Assembly: GCA_951406725.2 (NCBI GenBank) | Contig: OX597829.1 | Span: forward strand, 806,001 to 870,000 | Direction: 5' to 3' | Source: Octopus vulgaris | Taxonomy: Eukaryota | DNA length: 64,000 bases | Shown here: in pieces, positions 12,763-25,005 of the stretch | Layout: each line of letters begins with the position of its first letter | How positions within the stretch are numbered: the stretch's first letter is position 1 | Notes under the pieces: generated by a model | Database searches by the model: none | Seen by the model: the letters and a program-made list of their open reading frames with translations, nothing else | Told to the model about the DNA's origin: nothing | Translations under genes and position numbers: made by a program

Positions 12763-13125
12763 CACATGTAAATATATGTATATACACAGGTATACATATA
12801 CATATACACGCTCGAAACACGGAGTAGATGAAACAGGGGCAGCTGAAGAAGGGGAATATTCCTTGTGTTGTATGTCTTGTACTCTGTTTTTTCGTTGTTT
12901 GAAAAAGTTCATTTCCATGTATTGTTTTTAGGTTTTCGTTTCCCATTGTGTTCTACGTTTTTTTGTGTCCTGTACCCATATATGCATGTATATATACATA
13001 TATATGTAGGTATGTACATACATGTATGTATGTATGTATGAATGTATCTATGTATGTATGCATTTCGTTTTTAGATTTGGTTTGCAAGATTCTTTATATG
13101 AGTTCGTGTGTTGAAGCATATTCTA

Positions 13126-13224
13126 TTGTGTCTGGGGAGAGTCATTCTCTTTTAGTTCCTTATTCTTTAACACACACACCGGTAAAATCTCCACTTAAAA
13201 GAGAATGACTCACCCCAGACACAA
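13126..13224. repeat. 29-bp inverted repeat
   Basis: 13126-13154 vs 13196-13224, one mismatch. Confidence 0.9.
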
Positions 13225-13295
13225 CAGTGTATGTATGCATAAGTTTTATTCATTAATTTGTTATTACACATATATACATATATAAATATATATAT

Positions 13296-13438
13296 GTTTT
13301 TTGTGTATCTTTCTGTCGAAGAGCGTAGGCTCGAAACGTAAAAGACTTTTTCTATTTCTATTCCTGAGCGCCATACTAATACATTGTTTGTACTCCACCT
13401 GTCTTCGTCTTTTGTTTATTTTCGTAAATTTTCCCTTT
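13296..13438 (+). mobile_element. Short dispersed element with a minimal hammerhead-like motif, copy 1 of 4
   Basis: TCTTT-CTGTCGAA-GAGC GTAG GCTC-GAAACGTA-AAAGA at 13308-13345; homologs at 34098, 40287, 54210. Confidence 0.8.
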
Positions 13439-14048
13439 ATATATATTCGTATATGTAGGTGTGTGTGTGTGTATATATATATATGTGTGCTTGTGAGTTT
13501 ATGTGAGTGTGCGTGTATATATACATACATACATACATACATACATACATACATACATACATGTGTGTGTATATGAGTGTGCGCGTGTTTGTGAGTGTGT
13601 GTATGTGTCTGTGTATTTGATGTAACGTTCGTTGTATTATTACCTTAGTAAAGTAACTTTCAGTAACAACGTCAGAACTTGCAACGTACAAATCGTCTCC
13701 TCTCCTCATCACTCTCTCTATTACTATCTTTCTCTCTCTCTCTCTCTCTCTCTCTGTTCTTCTCTCTTCCCCCTCTCTCTCTCTCTGTTCTTCTCTCTTC
13801 CCCCCCCCCTCTCTCTCTGTTTCATTTGCTTTTGTCCTTCCCGCCTCCGCCGCCTGACACTCCTTTAATGCTGTATATATACTAAGTATAAATACATCAC
13901 CAACACACTTCGTCTCTATATACACTCACATAAAATGTAACTATTATTATTGTTCTGCTGTTCTTTTATTAGGAGAAATAAAGAAGTCGCAGTTTTATTT
14001 ATTCATTTATTTACTTATTTACTTATTTATATAGTTATTAACCCCCCT

Positions 14049-14087
<39 letters not shown>

Positions 14088-14445
14088 TGCAATTATTTTT
14101 TTCAGCACTTCTTTGTATCGAAGAATGCGTAAGAAATTTTTATTGTATTTTTACTATAAATATTTATACAGAATCTTCACATAAAAAAAATCTCTTGCCA
14201 GTAGACAAGCCACTAAAAAATATCCTCTTTGTGGTTACCCATTCTGCTAGACATAACAGCCATATATCCCTCAAATAGAACTCTACCTTCTTAAGAAAAG
14301 AAAATCGAGACGTATGTGAAAAATGAAATATCTCTGCGTAGATTGCCTTTGTGCACACCCCTTCTCGAACAGGACTAACCTAGGGTTAAACATGAGTGAA
14401 ATTATGTTTGTATAGTTAAGATGATCACTTCGGAACCATGTGGTC

Positions 14446-14700
14446 ATCATCATCGTTGTTCGACCGTGGTCGAGACAATGGAATTTACTATGTTACGCCA
14501 GACTTCACGGTCCATCATAGCATTACGGAGGTCCTGTTGCTGGATGCCTGTATCCCTGGAGATTACATCAGGGTAGGAGAGTGTGCACCCTCTGGTATCA
14601 TGAGCAGATGGCTTCCAGAGGAGAAGAGTAGAAATTACCTCGTTTTCAGCTCTACAACAATGTCCAGCAAACTGGACTCTTCCACCTTTCACAAGAGATG
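14446..14700 (-). mobile_element. RTE-like LINE 3' fragment
   Basis: RVQFAGHCCRAENEVISTLLLWKPS..DREVWRNIV; close match to 11865-12057. Confidence 0.85.
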
Positions 14701-14921
14701 ATACGTGTGTGTAACCTCCGTTTTTGTGTTAGTTGTACTCTTCAGCGCAAGGACGTCGTTTTGATCCCTAAATTGCGTGGTGGCCCCTTACGTTCTTGTA
14801 AGATTCCTTTTATGTTGCTTCAGTCCACGAAGTTAAAAATGCACAACAATTATTGAGGGTAAAAACTCTGCGACGATCTGACGTCCTTTTCAAGGTTTGC
14901 CGAGCATGGTGCTTTTAGTCT

Positions 14922-15880
14922 CTTTTAACTGGCACTCCGTCGGTTACGACGACGAGGGTTCTAGTTGATCCGATCAACGGAACAGCCTGTTCATAAAATT
15001 AACGTACAAGTAGCTGAGGGATCTTTTCCCTTTGAACGGCAGATCGAGAAATTAATTTTTTGCAACTAAACACATGCAAACTTCGGACACTGGTAGAATG
15101 TGTCATATAAAACATCTTTTACTCTTAGTGTTGTTGAGAAAAGTTTATAATTTCAAAGTTATTTCGTGTTAAAGTAGTCGTATTTCGGTAATTTCAACCA
15201 ATAAATGACGTGTATTCAACTGAATAAAATTACTGCTGTTGTTTGTCAACAACAACTATTGGCGTATATATTTCGCTTGTCACTGTTATTTATGACATCG
15301 TTCGTGCGTTTGTACTGGTTTTAGCTTTAAGGTTTTATGATTAGAGTTTTAGCTTTAGGGTTTTAGGGTCAGCTTTAGGGTTTGGGTTAGGGTTTTAGGG
15401 TTAAGGTTAGGGTTTTAGGGTTAAGGTTAGGGTTTTAGAGTTAGGGTTAGGGTTAGGCTTTTAGCGTTAGGGTTAGGGTTAAGGTTTTAGGGTTAGGGTT
15501 AGGGTCTTAGGGTTAGGGTTAGGGTTTTAGGGTTTTGGGGTTTTAAGGATAGGGTTTTAGGGTTAGGGTATTAGCATTAGGGTATTAGCATTAGAGTTAG
15601 GGTTAGGGTTGAGGTTTTAGGGTTAGGATTGGGCTTTTAGGGTTAGCACTCCACAGACACATGTACCCTAAATGTAGTTCTCAGGGAGATTCAGCATGAC
15701 ACAGAGTGTGACAAAGCTGGCCCCTTTTGAAATACAGGTACTACACATTTTTGCCAGCTGAATTGGAGCAACGTGAAATAAAGTGTTTTGCTCAAGGACT
15801 CAACGCGCCGCCGGGAATCCCAGTTGCGACCCTAGGATTGTCAACCGAACCCCGTGAACACTAAACCACACGAATTCACT
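14922..15880 (-). mobile_element. CORE-type SINE split by a 628-bp insertion
   Basis: CORE block TTTTTGCCAGCTG..GGAGCAACGTGAA..TTGCTCAAGGAC shared with the 5375 copy; halves appear to join as GCTGAG|CACTCC (recalled consensus). Confidence 0.7.
15318..15646 (+). repeat. Interstitial telomere-like array (TTAGGG, TTTTAGGG, TTAAGG)
   Basis: Direct reading. Confidence 0.95.
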
Positions 15881-16049
15881 TCAGTCGCTTATACGTCATT
15901 GAAAACGGGAAAAAGTTGCGGCCTGAGGAACTTGTAGTCTCGTGATTGGGTTAAAACTAACTTAGTAGTAACGATATTATCACCATCGCCATCGTTGTTA
16001 TTATTGTTCTTTTCGTTATCATGACAATCACCGTTTAGCTTAAATATCC

Positions 16050-16330
16050 TCTCTGGTGGTCGCTCCTTGTCGTGGTGGAGAGGCTTACGTAGACCAATGA
16101 TACTGAGAGCGAGGCCATCAGGAGTTCTAATTTCCTAGTAGAGCCACCCTTGGCGGCAAGTTCGGAGACGAGGACCCAGATTAAGCGCGACCAGCCCCCA
16201 AAGGCCGCAATGAAGGAACAAGCAGATGATGACTTCAATATATCTAAACCAACGGATGGAGAGGGCTATGCACGACAGACATGTTACAGAAGGGGCCACT
16301 CAAAACTGTAACCATTGCAATTTCTGTGAA
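16050..16330 (+). mobile_element. RTE-clade (BovB/Expander-like) 5' UTR fragment
   Basis: CCTTGTCGTGGTGGAGAGGCTTACGT..CAATGA..GAGC..GCCACCC resembles the conserved RTE 5' motif (recalled). Confidence 0.7.
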
Positions 16331-16467
16331 CCACGTTTCAATAAGTATTTATGTCATTGGCCCCGAAGGGACGAAAGACAATACTGCCAGCTCCCCACAT
16401 TTGGTTTGTTTTTAGTAATGGCACAAAGACCCTGAAAGTCTTGGAGATGGTTCTAGAGGATTATATC

Positions 16468-16600
16468 ACTCCCCAGTGTACTTATTTTATCGATCACGAA
16501 GGGGATGAAAAGCAAGGTGAACCACGGCGTCATTTGAACTCAAAAGTAAAGCCTGAACAAGTGCCGCTAAGAACTTCGTCCGGCGTGCTAACGACTATGC
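16468..16600 (-). mobile_element. Degenerate family A SINE
   Basis: GTACTTATTTTATCGA..GGATGAAAAGCAAGGT..ATTTGAACTC..CCGGCGTGCTAACG. Confidence 0.7.
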
Positions 16601-16699
16601 GGGAAATATATTTGACTGTTATTTCTAGCAGATTGGATAGCCACATAGACTTGTATTGGTCTGATTCGATCCTCTTTGACAAGTTTACAGCTGGCATTG

Positions 16700-16880
16700 G
16701 TTGTAGTGGTGGCGATGACTGTAAACATGTCAATGACTGTAACGATAATGGCAATGATTGTAGTGAGGGCTGTGATGGTGGTAGTGGTGGTGGTGCTGGC
16801 GGTGGTAGTGGTCGTCGTCGTCGTAGCGATAACAGTGGTAATATGAAAGGTTGCTGGTGGCGAAGGACTTAGTGACTCTC

Positions 16881-16940
<60 letters not shown>

Positions 16941-17372
16941 GGTGGTGGTAGTAATAGTAGTACCAGCAGCAGCAGTGGTAGTAGCAGTGGCAGCAATAGC
17001 GGCAATGGCTGTGATAGCGGCGATGCCGGCGGTGACAGAGGTTATGATGGTGGTGGTGCTGGTGGTGCTGGTGGTACTGGTGGCGGCGTTGTTATTGTTG
17101 TTGGTGGTGATGGTAATGTTTTTGTTGTTGTTGATTGGTGGTGGTGGTGGTGGTGGTAGCTGGTGGCGAAGTTGATTCCCAAGGGGCAGGGATTGCTTGA
17201 GGGTGGGTCTTAGAAGTGCGGGTACAAGTGGTGCTGGTACCACTTGTGATGGCGATAATTTTGATAATTTTGTTTTTCTTGTTGATGTGCTGCTGGTTGT
17301 GGTGATGATGACGATGGTGGTGGTGGCGACAGTTATGGTGGTGGTGATGGCAGTGGTGACTCTTATAAAGGA

Positions 17373-17420
<48 letters not shown>

Positions 17421-18565
17421 AAGAGCGAGGATTGTTATGACAATGGTTATGATGACGGCAATGTTGCTGTGGTGTTGGCAATGATGGTAATTTTGTTGAT
17501 GATGATGATGATGATCATGATTGTAGCGATGGTGGTGGTAGCGATGGTGGTGGTAGCGATGGTGGTGGTAGCGATGGTGGTGGTAGTGGTGGTGATGATG
17601 TTGTTGTGTTGGTAGTGGTGGTGGTGATGGTGATGGTGATGGTTATGGTGATTGTGGTGGTGTTGATGGTGGTAAAATATGGTGGACGTCCTGCTGCTTC
17701 TACTGCTGTTCCTATCATGGTTGCTGATGCTAATTGTAGTTATTGTTGTTGACATTGTTGTAGTGTTGTTGTTGTTGTTATTGTTACATTTGATATTGTT
17801 GTTGTTTATTCCCAACCCCCTCCCAAGTTTTCTCCTAACAAGCAGACCTTAGAGCAGAGACGTTCCACGCATATGACCATCCCTAACAAATCCACTCACA
17901 TGGCTCTAGTCGGCCTGAGGCTACCACAGAAGACACTTGCCCAAGGTGCCATGCAGTGGACTGAACCCGGAACCATGTGGTTGTGAAGAGTTTTGTTATT
18001 TTTGTTAAGACACAGATCAATTCTAGTCCAGTAGACCTGGCAACGGATACATTCCAGTTATGACCATCCCTTTATCTTTCATATAAGTGGCTATTGCAGT
18101 GACCAAGCAGTGCTACGAACAATGAAGCATGTAGATCAAATCAGATATGTTACAGAGCTTATTTGACCCTAATACAAAGGCCGGCTGTTGTTTGCCTTTG
18201 AGAAGATATTTCTCACTTACATTAAAGTATTTCTTTATCCTTTCACGCCTGTGTCTTTCTTTCATTTTTTTTTATATATATGTGATAGGGAACTTTTGCT
18301 GTTATTTCTTGCAAAACGAGCGACTAGGTACATACATATACGTTGTCTTCGTTGAAATTGAAGCTGGAGTTTCATTCCTTAATAGGAGTAATTGTGATGG
18401 AGGAGGTAATCTTGGAATGACACGGATGTTGGCCATAACAGTTTAGAGATGACCTTGTTGTTGTGTTTTGTTGTTGTTATGGTGGCGGTCGTGGTGGTGG
18501 TGGTGGTGGCGGCGGCGGCGGCGGTGGTGGTGGCGGTGGCGGTGGTGGTGTTGATGGTGGATGTG

Positions 18566-18597
<32 letters not shown>

Positions 18598-19614
18598 GAA
18601 GTTGGTAGTGGTGACAGTTGGAGTGGTGAAGGTGGTGTATCTGGTGCAGTTGGTGTTCACCGCGCTTTCATGGAATTGTGTTGTAGGTGGTGGAGAAGAT
18701 GATGGTTGTGGTAGTGGTGGGGGTGGTGGTGGTGGCGTGGGTGTTATTGTTGTTGTTGGTGGTGGTGGTGGTGATGGTGGTGGTGGTGGTGGTGGTGATG
18801 GTGATGGTGATGATGATGATGATGATGATGATGGTTGCAGTGATGATTGTGTAGATAATGGTGATAGTGATGTTTGCGGTTGTGCCGGGGTATGGTGAAA
18901 ACGATGGTGATGATACCGGTGGTTGTGGTTATTATTGTTGAAAGGTGGTCATTATGTGGACGGGATGGCAGTGGGAACCGGTAAAGACGGGACAGTGATG
19001 GTGGCGGGGAGGGACGGGGGTGACAGTGAGGGCGATAAGGGCTACGACAGTTAGTTTTTTCCAGCAGTGAAATGCTCCTCCGCTCATGTGACAACAGTGG
19101 TGGGTTAGGGTTTGGGTTTAGGAAGGGGGAAGGGCAAAACTCCAGTCACTCACCAGAAAGCAGATGTTTCGAATTGCCGTCTCGATTATTGTGTATTATT
19201 GTGTATCATCATCACCATCATCATCATAATTATCCTCCTCTTCCTCCTCCTCCTCATCATCATTATGATCATAATTATCCTCCTCTTCCCCCCTCCTCCA
19301 CCTCCACCTCATCATCATCATCATCATCATCATCAACATCATTATTATTATTATCATTATTATTATTATTATACTTCTCCTCCTCGTCTTCCGCCCCTTC
19401 CTCATCATCATTATTGTTATGATGATTACCCTCCTCCTCCCTATCATCATCATCATCATCATCATCATTTTATGTCTGTCGTTGTATTGTAATCCATTTC
19501 CATCGCCCTGGTGGCAAATGAAAGTTACCATCATCATCACCACCACCACCATCACCACCATCACCACCATCATCATCATGATCCAGATCATGATCATGAT
19601 CATCATCGTCATCG

Positions 19615-19654
<40 letters not shown>

Positions 19655-20011
19655 TTATCATCATCATCATCATTATTAACAGCGGTATTTCTCTATAGTA
19701 ACAACAGCAACAACAAAAAGCCAGCAGCTGCAGCCGTGGTGGCAGCAGCAGTACTAGTCGTGCCTGTGTGTGTGTGTTTAGGGGGGGGTGTAATTATGTT
19801 CACGATGGTGGTGGTGGTGGTGGTTCCAGTAGGGAGGGTGGTGGCAGTTGCTAATATCAATGGAAGCAGCTTGTGGCTGTAAAACGGTACACATACAATA
19901 AAAGACACAGAAGTGGCGTGTGCATGAGGGGTGGATACGCGAGAGGGAAAAGGGGGAAAACGAGCGGGTGGATCTAAACTGAACTTTGCGTTCGAGAGAA
20001 AAAGGGGAAAG

Positions 20012-20047
<36 letters not shown>

Positions 20048-20973
20048 TGTGTATGTGTGTGATGGGGAGGGGGAGAAAAAGGATGACGAGAACGGAGAAG
20101 GAGGAAGTGTAAGCGAAGGCAAGAAGGGTGAAGGAGGAGGAGAAAAGAATGAAATAGATGAGCAGAGATAAAAGCCAGGATGAACGAGGTTGGAGAGGGG
20201 TGGGGAGAGGAAATAAAAATGAGCAATAAAAACCTAAGAGAGAAGGTTGGGAGGATGGCGGCGGTGGCGGCGGTGGCGGCGGTGAGAAAGAGGGGGATGG
20301 TTATGGTGGTGGCGGTGAGCAGGGTAGCGACGTTGATAGTAAAACGACGAGAAGAAGCACGATGCGATGATAAACTAACGATAATGATGACGATAATGAC
20401 GGCGATGACGACGATGAAGACGACGACGATGATAATGAGGAGGAGGGTGGTGTGGTGGTGGTGGTGGTCGTCGTCGTCGTCGTCGTGGTCGTCGTCGTGG
20501 TAGCGGTGATGATGATGATGATGACGACGAGGACGATGATGATGATGATGATGACGACGATGATGATGATGATGATGACGATGATGGTGGAGGAAGTGAT
20601 AGGAATGGGTCATGATGACAATAACAGTGAAAAGCATAAAATCGGGTGAGGAAGATGATGTCGAGGTTAAAAGATGACGAAGACAACAAAACTATTAAGA
20701 AACAGAAAGGTGATGATGATGATGGTTATGATGGTTATGATGATGATGATGATGATGATGATGGTTATGATGATGATGATGATGATGATGGTTATGATGA
20801 TGATGATGATGATGATGGTTATGATGATGATGATGATGATGGTTATGATGATGATGATGATGATGATGATGGTTATGATGATATTCATGCGAACGATGAA
20901 GATATGTTGATTTCTTGGTAACGAAATGGTGGTGGTGGTGATGATGATGATGATGATGACAATGGTATGATGA

Positions 20974-21007
<34 letters not shown>

Positions 21008-21150
21008 GACGATAATGATTGCAGTAATGGCAGGGTTAGTTGAGATTTTATGAAGAATGGTTGTGGTGGTGGCGGTGGTGATGGTGGCGGTGGTGGTGAT
21101 GGTGGTGGTGGTTATGGTGCTGGTGTTAGTTGTAGTAGTAGTAGTAGTCG
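16700..21150. repeat. Mosaic of trinucleotide microsatellites (GGT, GAT, AGT, CAT, GGC) with unique and SINE pieces
   Basis: Direct reading; family B fragment near 17888-17985. Confidence 0.9.
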
Positions 21151-21596
21151 TCGTGAGGAAAGATAGGAAAGAATAAATGTATATTCAGAATCGCATATAA
21201 ATAAATAAATAAATAAATAAAAGAGAAAACAAAAACTACAAGCAAAAACAATAAAAAAATGAAATACAATTAAAAAGTACTACGGGGTAAAAATAAAAAG
21301 AAAACAGACGAACAAAAATTACAAAATAAAAGAAAAGAAAAAGATTTTCCGGGTTAAAAATAACCAACAAAATACACGCAAAAAATACAAATAAATAAAG
21401 CAAACGGAACAAAAAGGAAAACGAAAGAGTGAGAGATAAGGGAGCTAATCTGGCAGGTCATTAAATGGTGAAGTCCAGAGAGTCAATTGCCTTGTTTACC
21501 AAATGTCTATTATTTTGGTCTAATGGTAAATATAGCATCCCATGGCCCACGTCCCTATCATTGAAACTCATCAAACAGTGCAGGCTCTGTGTGTGT

Positions 21597-21651
<55 letters not shown>

Positions 21652-21692
21652 TGTGCATGTGTGTGTATGAGTGTGTGTGTGTATATATATAT

Positions 21693-22086
21693 ACTCTTTA
21701 CTCTTTTACTTGTTTCAGTCATTTGACTGTGGCCATGCTAAAGCACCACCTTTACTCGAGCAAATCGACCCTAGGACTTACTCTTTGTAAGCCTAGTACT
21801 TATTCTATCGGGTTCTTTTGCCAAACCGCTAAGTTACGGGAACGTAAACACTAGTATCGGTTGTCAAGCGATGTTGTGGGGGGGGACGAACACAAACACA
21901 CAAACACACACACACATATACATATATACGACGGGCTTCTTTCAGTTTCCGTCTACCAAATCCAAACACAACGCTTTGGTCGGCCCAAGGCTATAGTAGA
22001 AGACACTTGCCCAAGGTGCCACGAAGTAGGACTGAACCCGGAACCATGTGGTTCGTAAGCAAGCTGCTTACCACACAGCCACTCCT
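21693..22086 (-). mobile_element. CORE-type SINE family B, full length
   Basis: Reverse complement of the 45043 copy, including the AAAGAGT tail. Confidence 0.9.
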
Positions 22087-22247
22087 AGTATACACGTTTT
22101 AAATTAAACTTGTTGCTCTTCGAGAAGAGAAACCTTGCTACAAACGCGTGGATGACATGACACAAGATAAAACAGTTGCTCCAGCAAAACAAATTAAATA
22201 AAATTTGGGGTTTTGCGGAGGGTCAAAGTTGGTGACACAAATAGGAC

Positions 22248-22312
<65 letters not shown>

Positions 22313-22770
22313 ATTTTCTATTATCGTCATCATCATCATGATCATTATTATCATTATTATTATTATTGTTGTTGTTGTTGTTGTTGTTGTTGTTAACATC
22401 ATCTTCATCATCAATAGCAACAACAATAATAGCAATGATGACGATGATGATGATGATGATGATACTTTATTAAATTTTATATTGTACTGACTCACTTTTT
22501 GTTCGTTTTTCAATATGGCAGGGGCATTCTGATGAACAAACGCCCACGGTGTAATGTGAGGAATATTTTGAAAAATAGATGAATACAGTTAAGCTTGGCT
22601 GATGATCCTCAAGTACTAACGTACAAAAGGTGAAATCAATTGATACCAGCGTAAGTACTAATTTATATTCGTTGCATTCACTGTGCGTATTTCTTAAGAA
22701 TGAGAAAGAAATTTGATGTTTTGAAGTGTTAACTCCTCTTTCTAGCAAGTAGTATTCCGGTATCCGACTT

Positions 22771-22802
<32 letters not shown>

Positions 22803-22941
22803 CATATGTGTGTATATGTGTGTGTATTATAAGGAGAGATAGAGATAGACGCACACACACATACCCTGCCACAAGGGACATTCCTAACACGCCTGCTAAG
22901 TTTGATTCGTCTAAGTCGAAAGACGCTTGTTGTGTACGCCC

Positions 22942-23010
<69 letters not shown>

Positions 23011-23334
23011 GTTGTTGTTTTTGTTGTTGTTGTTGTTGTTGTTGTTTTTTCGTATTATTTTTGTATTCATATTCGTGTAACATCGTCCGTTTTTCTGTCC
23101 TTGTTTCGTATACATTCGAAGCTTTTTTCCAAGGAATCTAATGCGCTTAGCTTAGTTTTTCCTTAGGGCTGGCCGGATTGGAGCAATCTCAAGATTAATC
23201 AGCCGAAATTGCAAGGATGATCCGGTTCTTGACTGAAGATTGAAGGAGGTTTCGAATGACCCGTCCGTGTTTTTTGTCTCGTCTTCTAAATGTTTTGCGT
23301 TTTTGTCCCAGTTTGTATTTTATATATACATATA

Positions 23335-23413
<79 letters not shown>

Positions 23414-24667
23414 CGCAGCTCTACATTACGCAAAGCTTTGTCGATTCCGTTATACGGAAAATTTAAAGATGGCATCTTGAATTTAGGTTATCATTGGAGG
23501 CTCACTGCATTGATCGCTTCAGGCGTCATGAATTGCTTCCTATGACAGCTACACCATATAATTCAATATATGTTTCCATAAGGTGGAGGTAACATCCACG
23601 TGGTTTCCGGCTGTCGGTGAGCTTTATTATTCGAGTAATTCGTCAAAGCCAAGTAGCGATTGTGAGGGATTAAAGCCACTTTATGTATCGAAGTAACGGA
23701 TCATTGTAACTTCTCTACTATCCTAGTATTCTTAATTACCAACTCCGTTAGAAACTACTATATACTTATACAGCCTGCAGTATCCATCAACAGAAAAAGT
23801 GATCTAATCAATTTTATTATAGAAGATATGCGCTGCTAATGACCTTCAATATTGATACTACAAAAGTACTTTCGCGGACCAGATATAAATACAGATATAG
23901 CAATCACTACTTTCCCACGTCGAATAAATTTTCCTTCTGCTCATCATCATGGGAGCCATCACACAGCTAAAATTACATAACACACGGTTGTGCTGATACG
24001 GCCAGATTCAAATGAGAAATCGCTTTGCTTGCCGTTTGCAATCCAGCATACTGTATCAAACATTTTGCTTTGGATACCATTAGAGGTCACCATTAAAGTG
24101 ACCATTAAAGGTCAGTTTAATGGTGACCTGAATTCACCATTAAAGGTAAAGTCAGGTCAGGAGAGACTTACTACTGGAACCATGTAAACAGTACTACTTG
24201 TTCCAGGGGCAAGTGGTCGAAGACTGAACTGGATGCCACACGTGAGTAGCTTGCTACTCTTGTGAGCGGGGAGGGGGTGTCTGGACACCCAGGAGGACTA
24301 GAAACAAAATTTGTCATAGGGTGGATGAGCTCCTTGAGGACCAACAACTGTCCAGTTGACAAACCACCCCGATATCCTCGCCAATGACAAACCACCCGAT
24401 ATCCTCGCCATTAAGAAACTATGTAACGCTATGACTTCCCCCGATGGAAGAATTCCTACTTAATCAGGAAGACTTTTGTTGCAGTGTCATCAACGCACTG
24501 CAAAAAAGTGTACGGTACATAACGACGACGGTGGAGGTGGCGGAGGCGACGGAGGCGGCGTAGGTGGCGAAGGCGGCGGAGGCGGCGAAGGCGGCGAAGG
24601 CGGCGAAGGCGGCGGCGCTGACAATTTCAACGATGATAATGACTTAAAGATAAATATGCTCCGTTAT

Positions 24668-25005
24668 TTACTCTTTACTCTACTCTTTTATTCTTTGTAA
24701 GCCTAGTACTTATTTTATCGGTCACTTTTTTGCCGAACCGCTAAGTTACGGGGACGTAAACACACCAGCATCGGTTGTCAAGCGATGTTGGGGGGACAAA
24801 CACAAACACACAAACACGCACATACATATATACATATACATATATATGACGGGCTTCTTTCAGTTTCCGTCTACCAAATCCACTCACAAGGCTTTGGTCG
24901 GTCCCTGGCTATAGTAGAAGACACTTGCCCAAGGTTGCCACGAAGTAGGACTGAACCCGGAACCATGTGGTTCGTAAGCAAGCTGCTTACCACACAGCCA
25001 CTCCT
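24668..25005 (-). mobile_element. CORE-type SINE family B, tail partly deleted
   Basis: Homology; shares an 80-bp flank with the 21693 copy. Confidence 0.9.

Noticed and set aside
15318-15646. True chromosome end
   Set aside because: Short, degenerate and followed by SINE sequence
16351-16872. 173-aa ORF
   Set aside because: Chimera of an antisense SINE and a GGT microsatellite
22529-22575. CTGATGA motif
   Set aside because: No stem II or stem I support
23700-24070. RTE endonuclease remnant on the minus strand
   Set aside because: Only scattered words (DDEQKENLF, ELVIKNT); too weak to call
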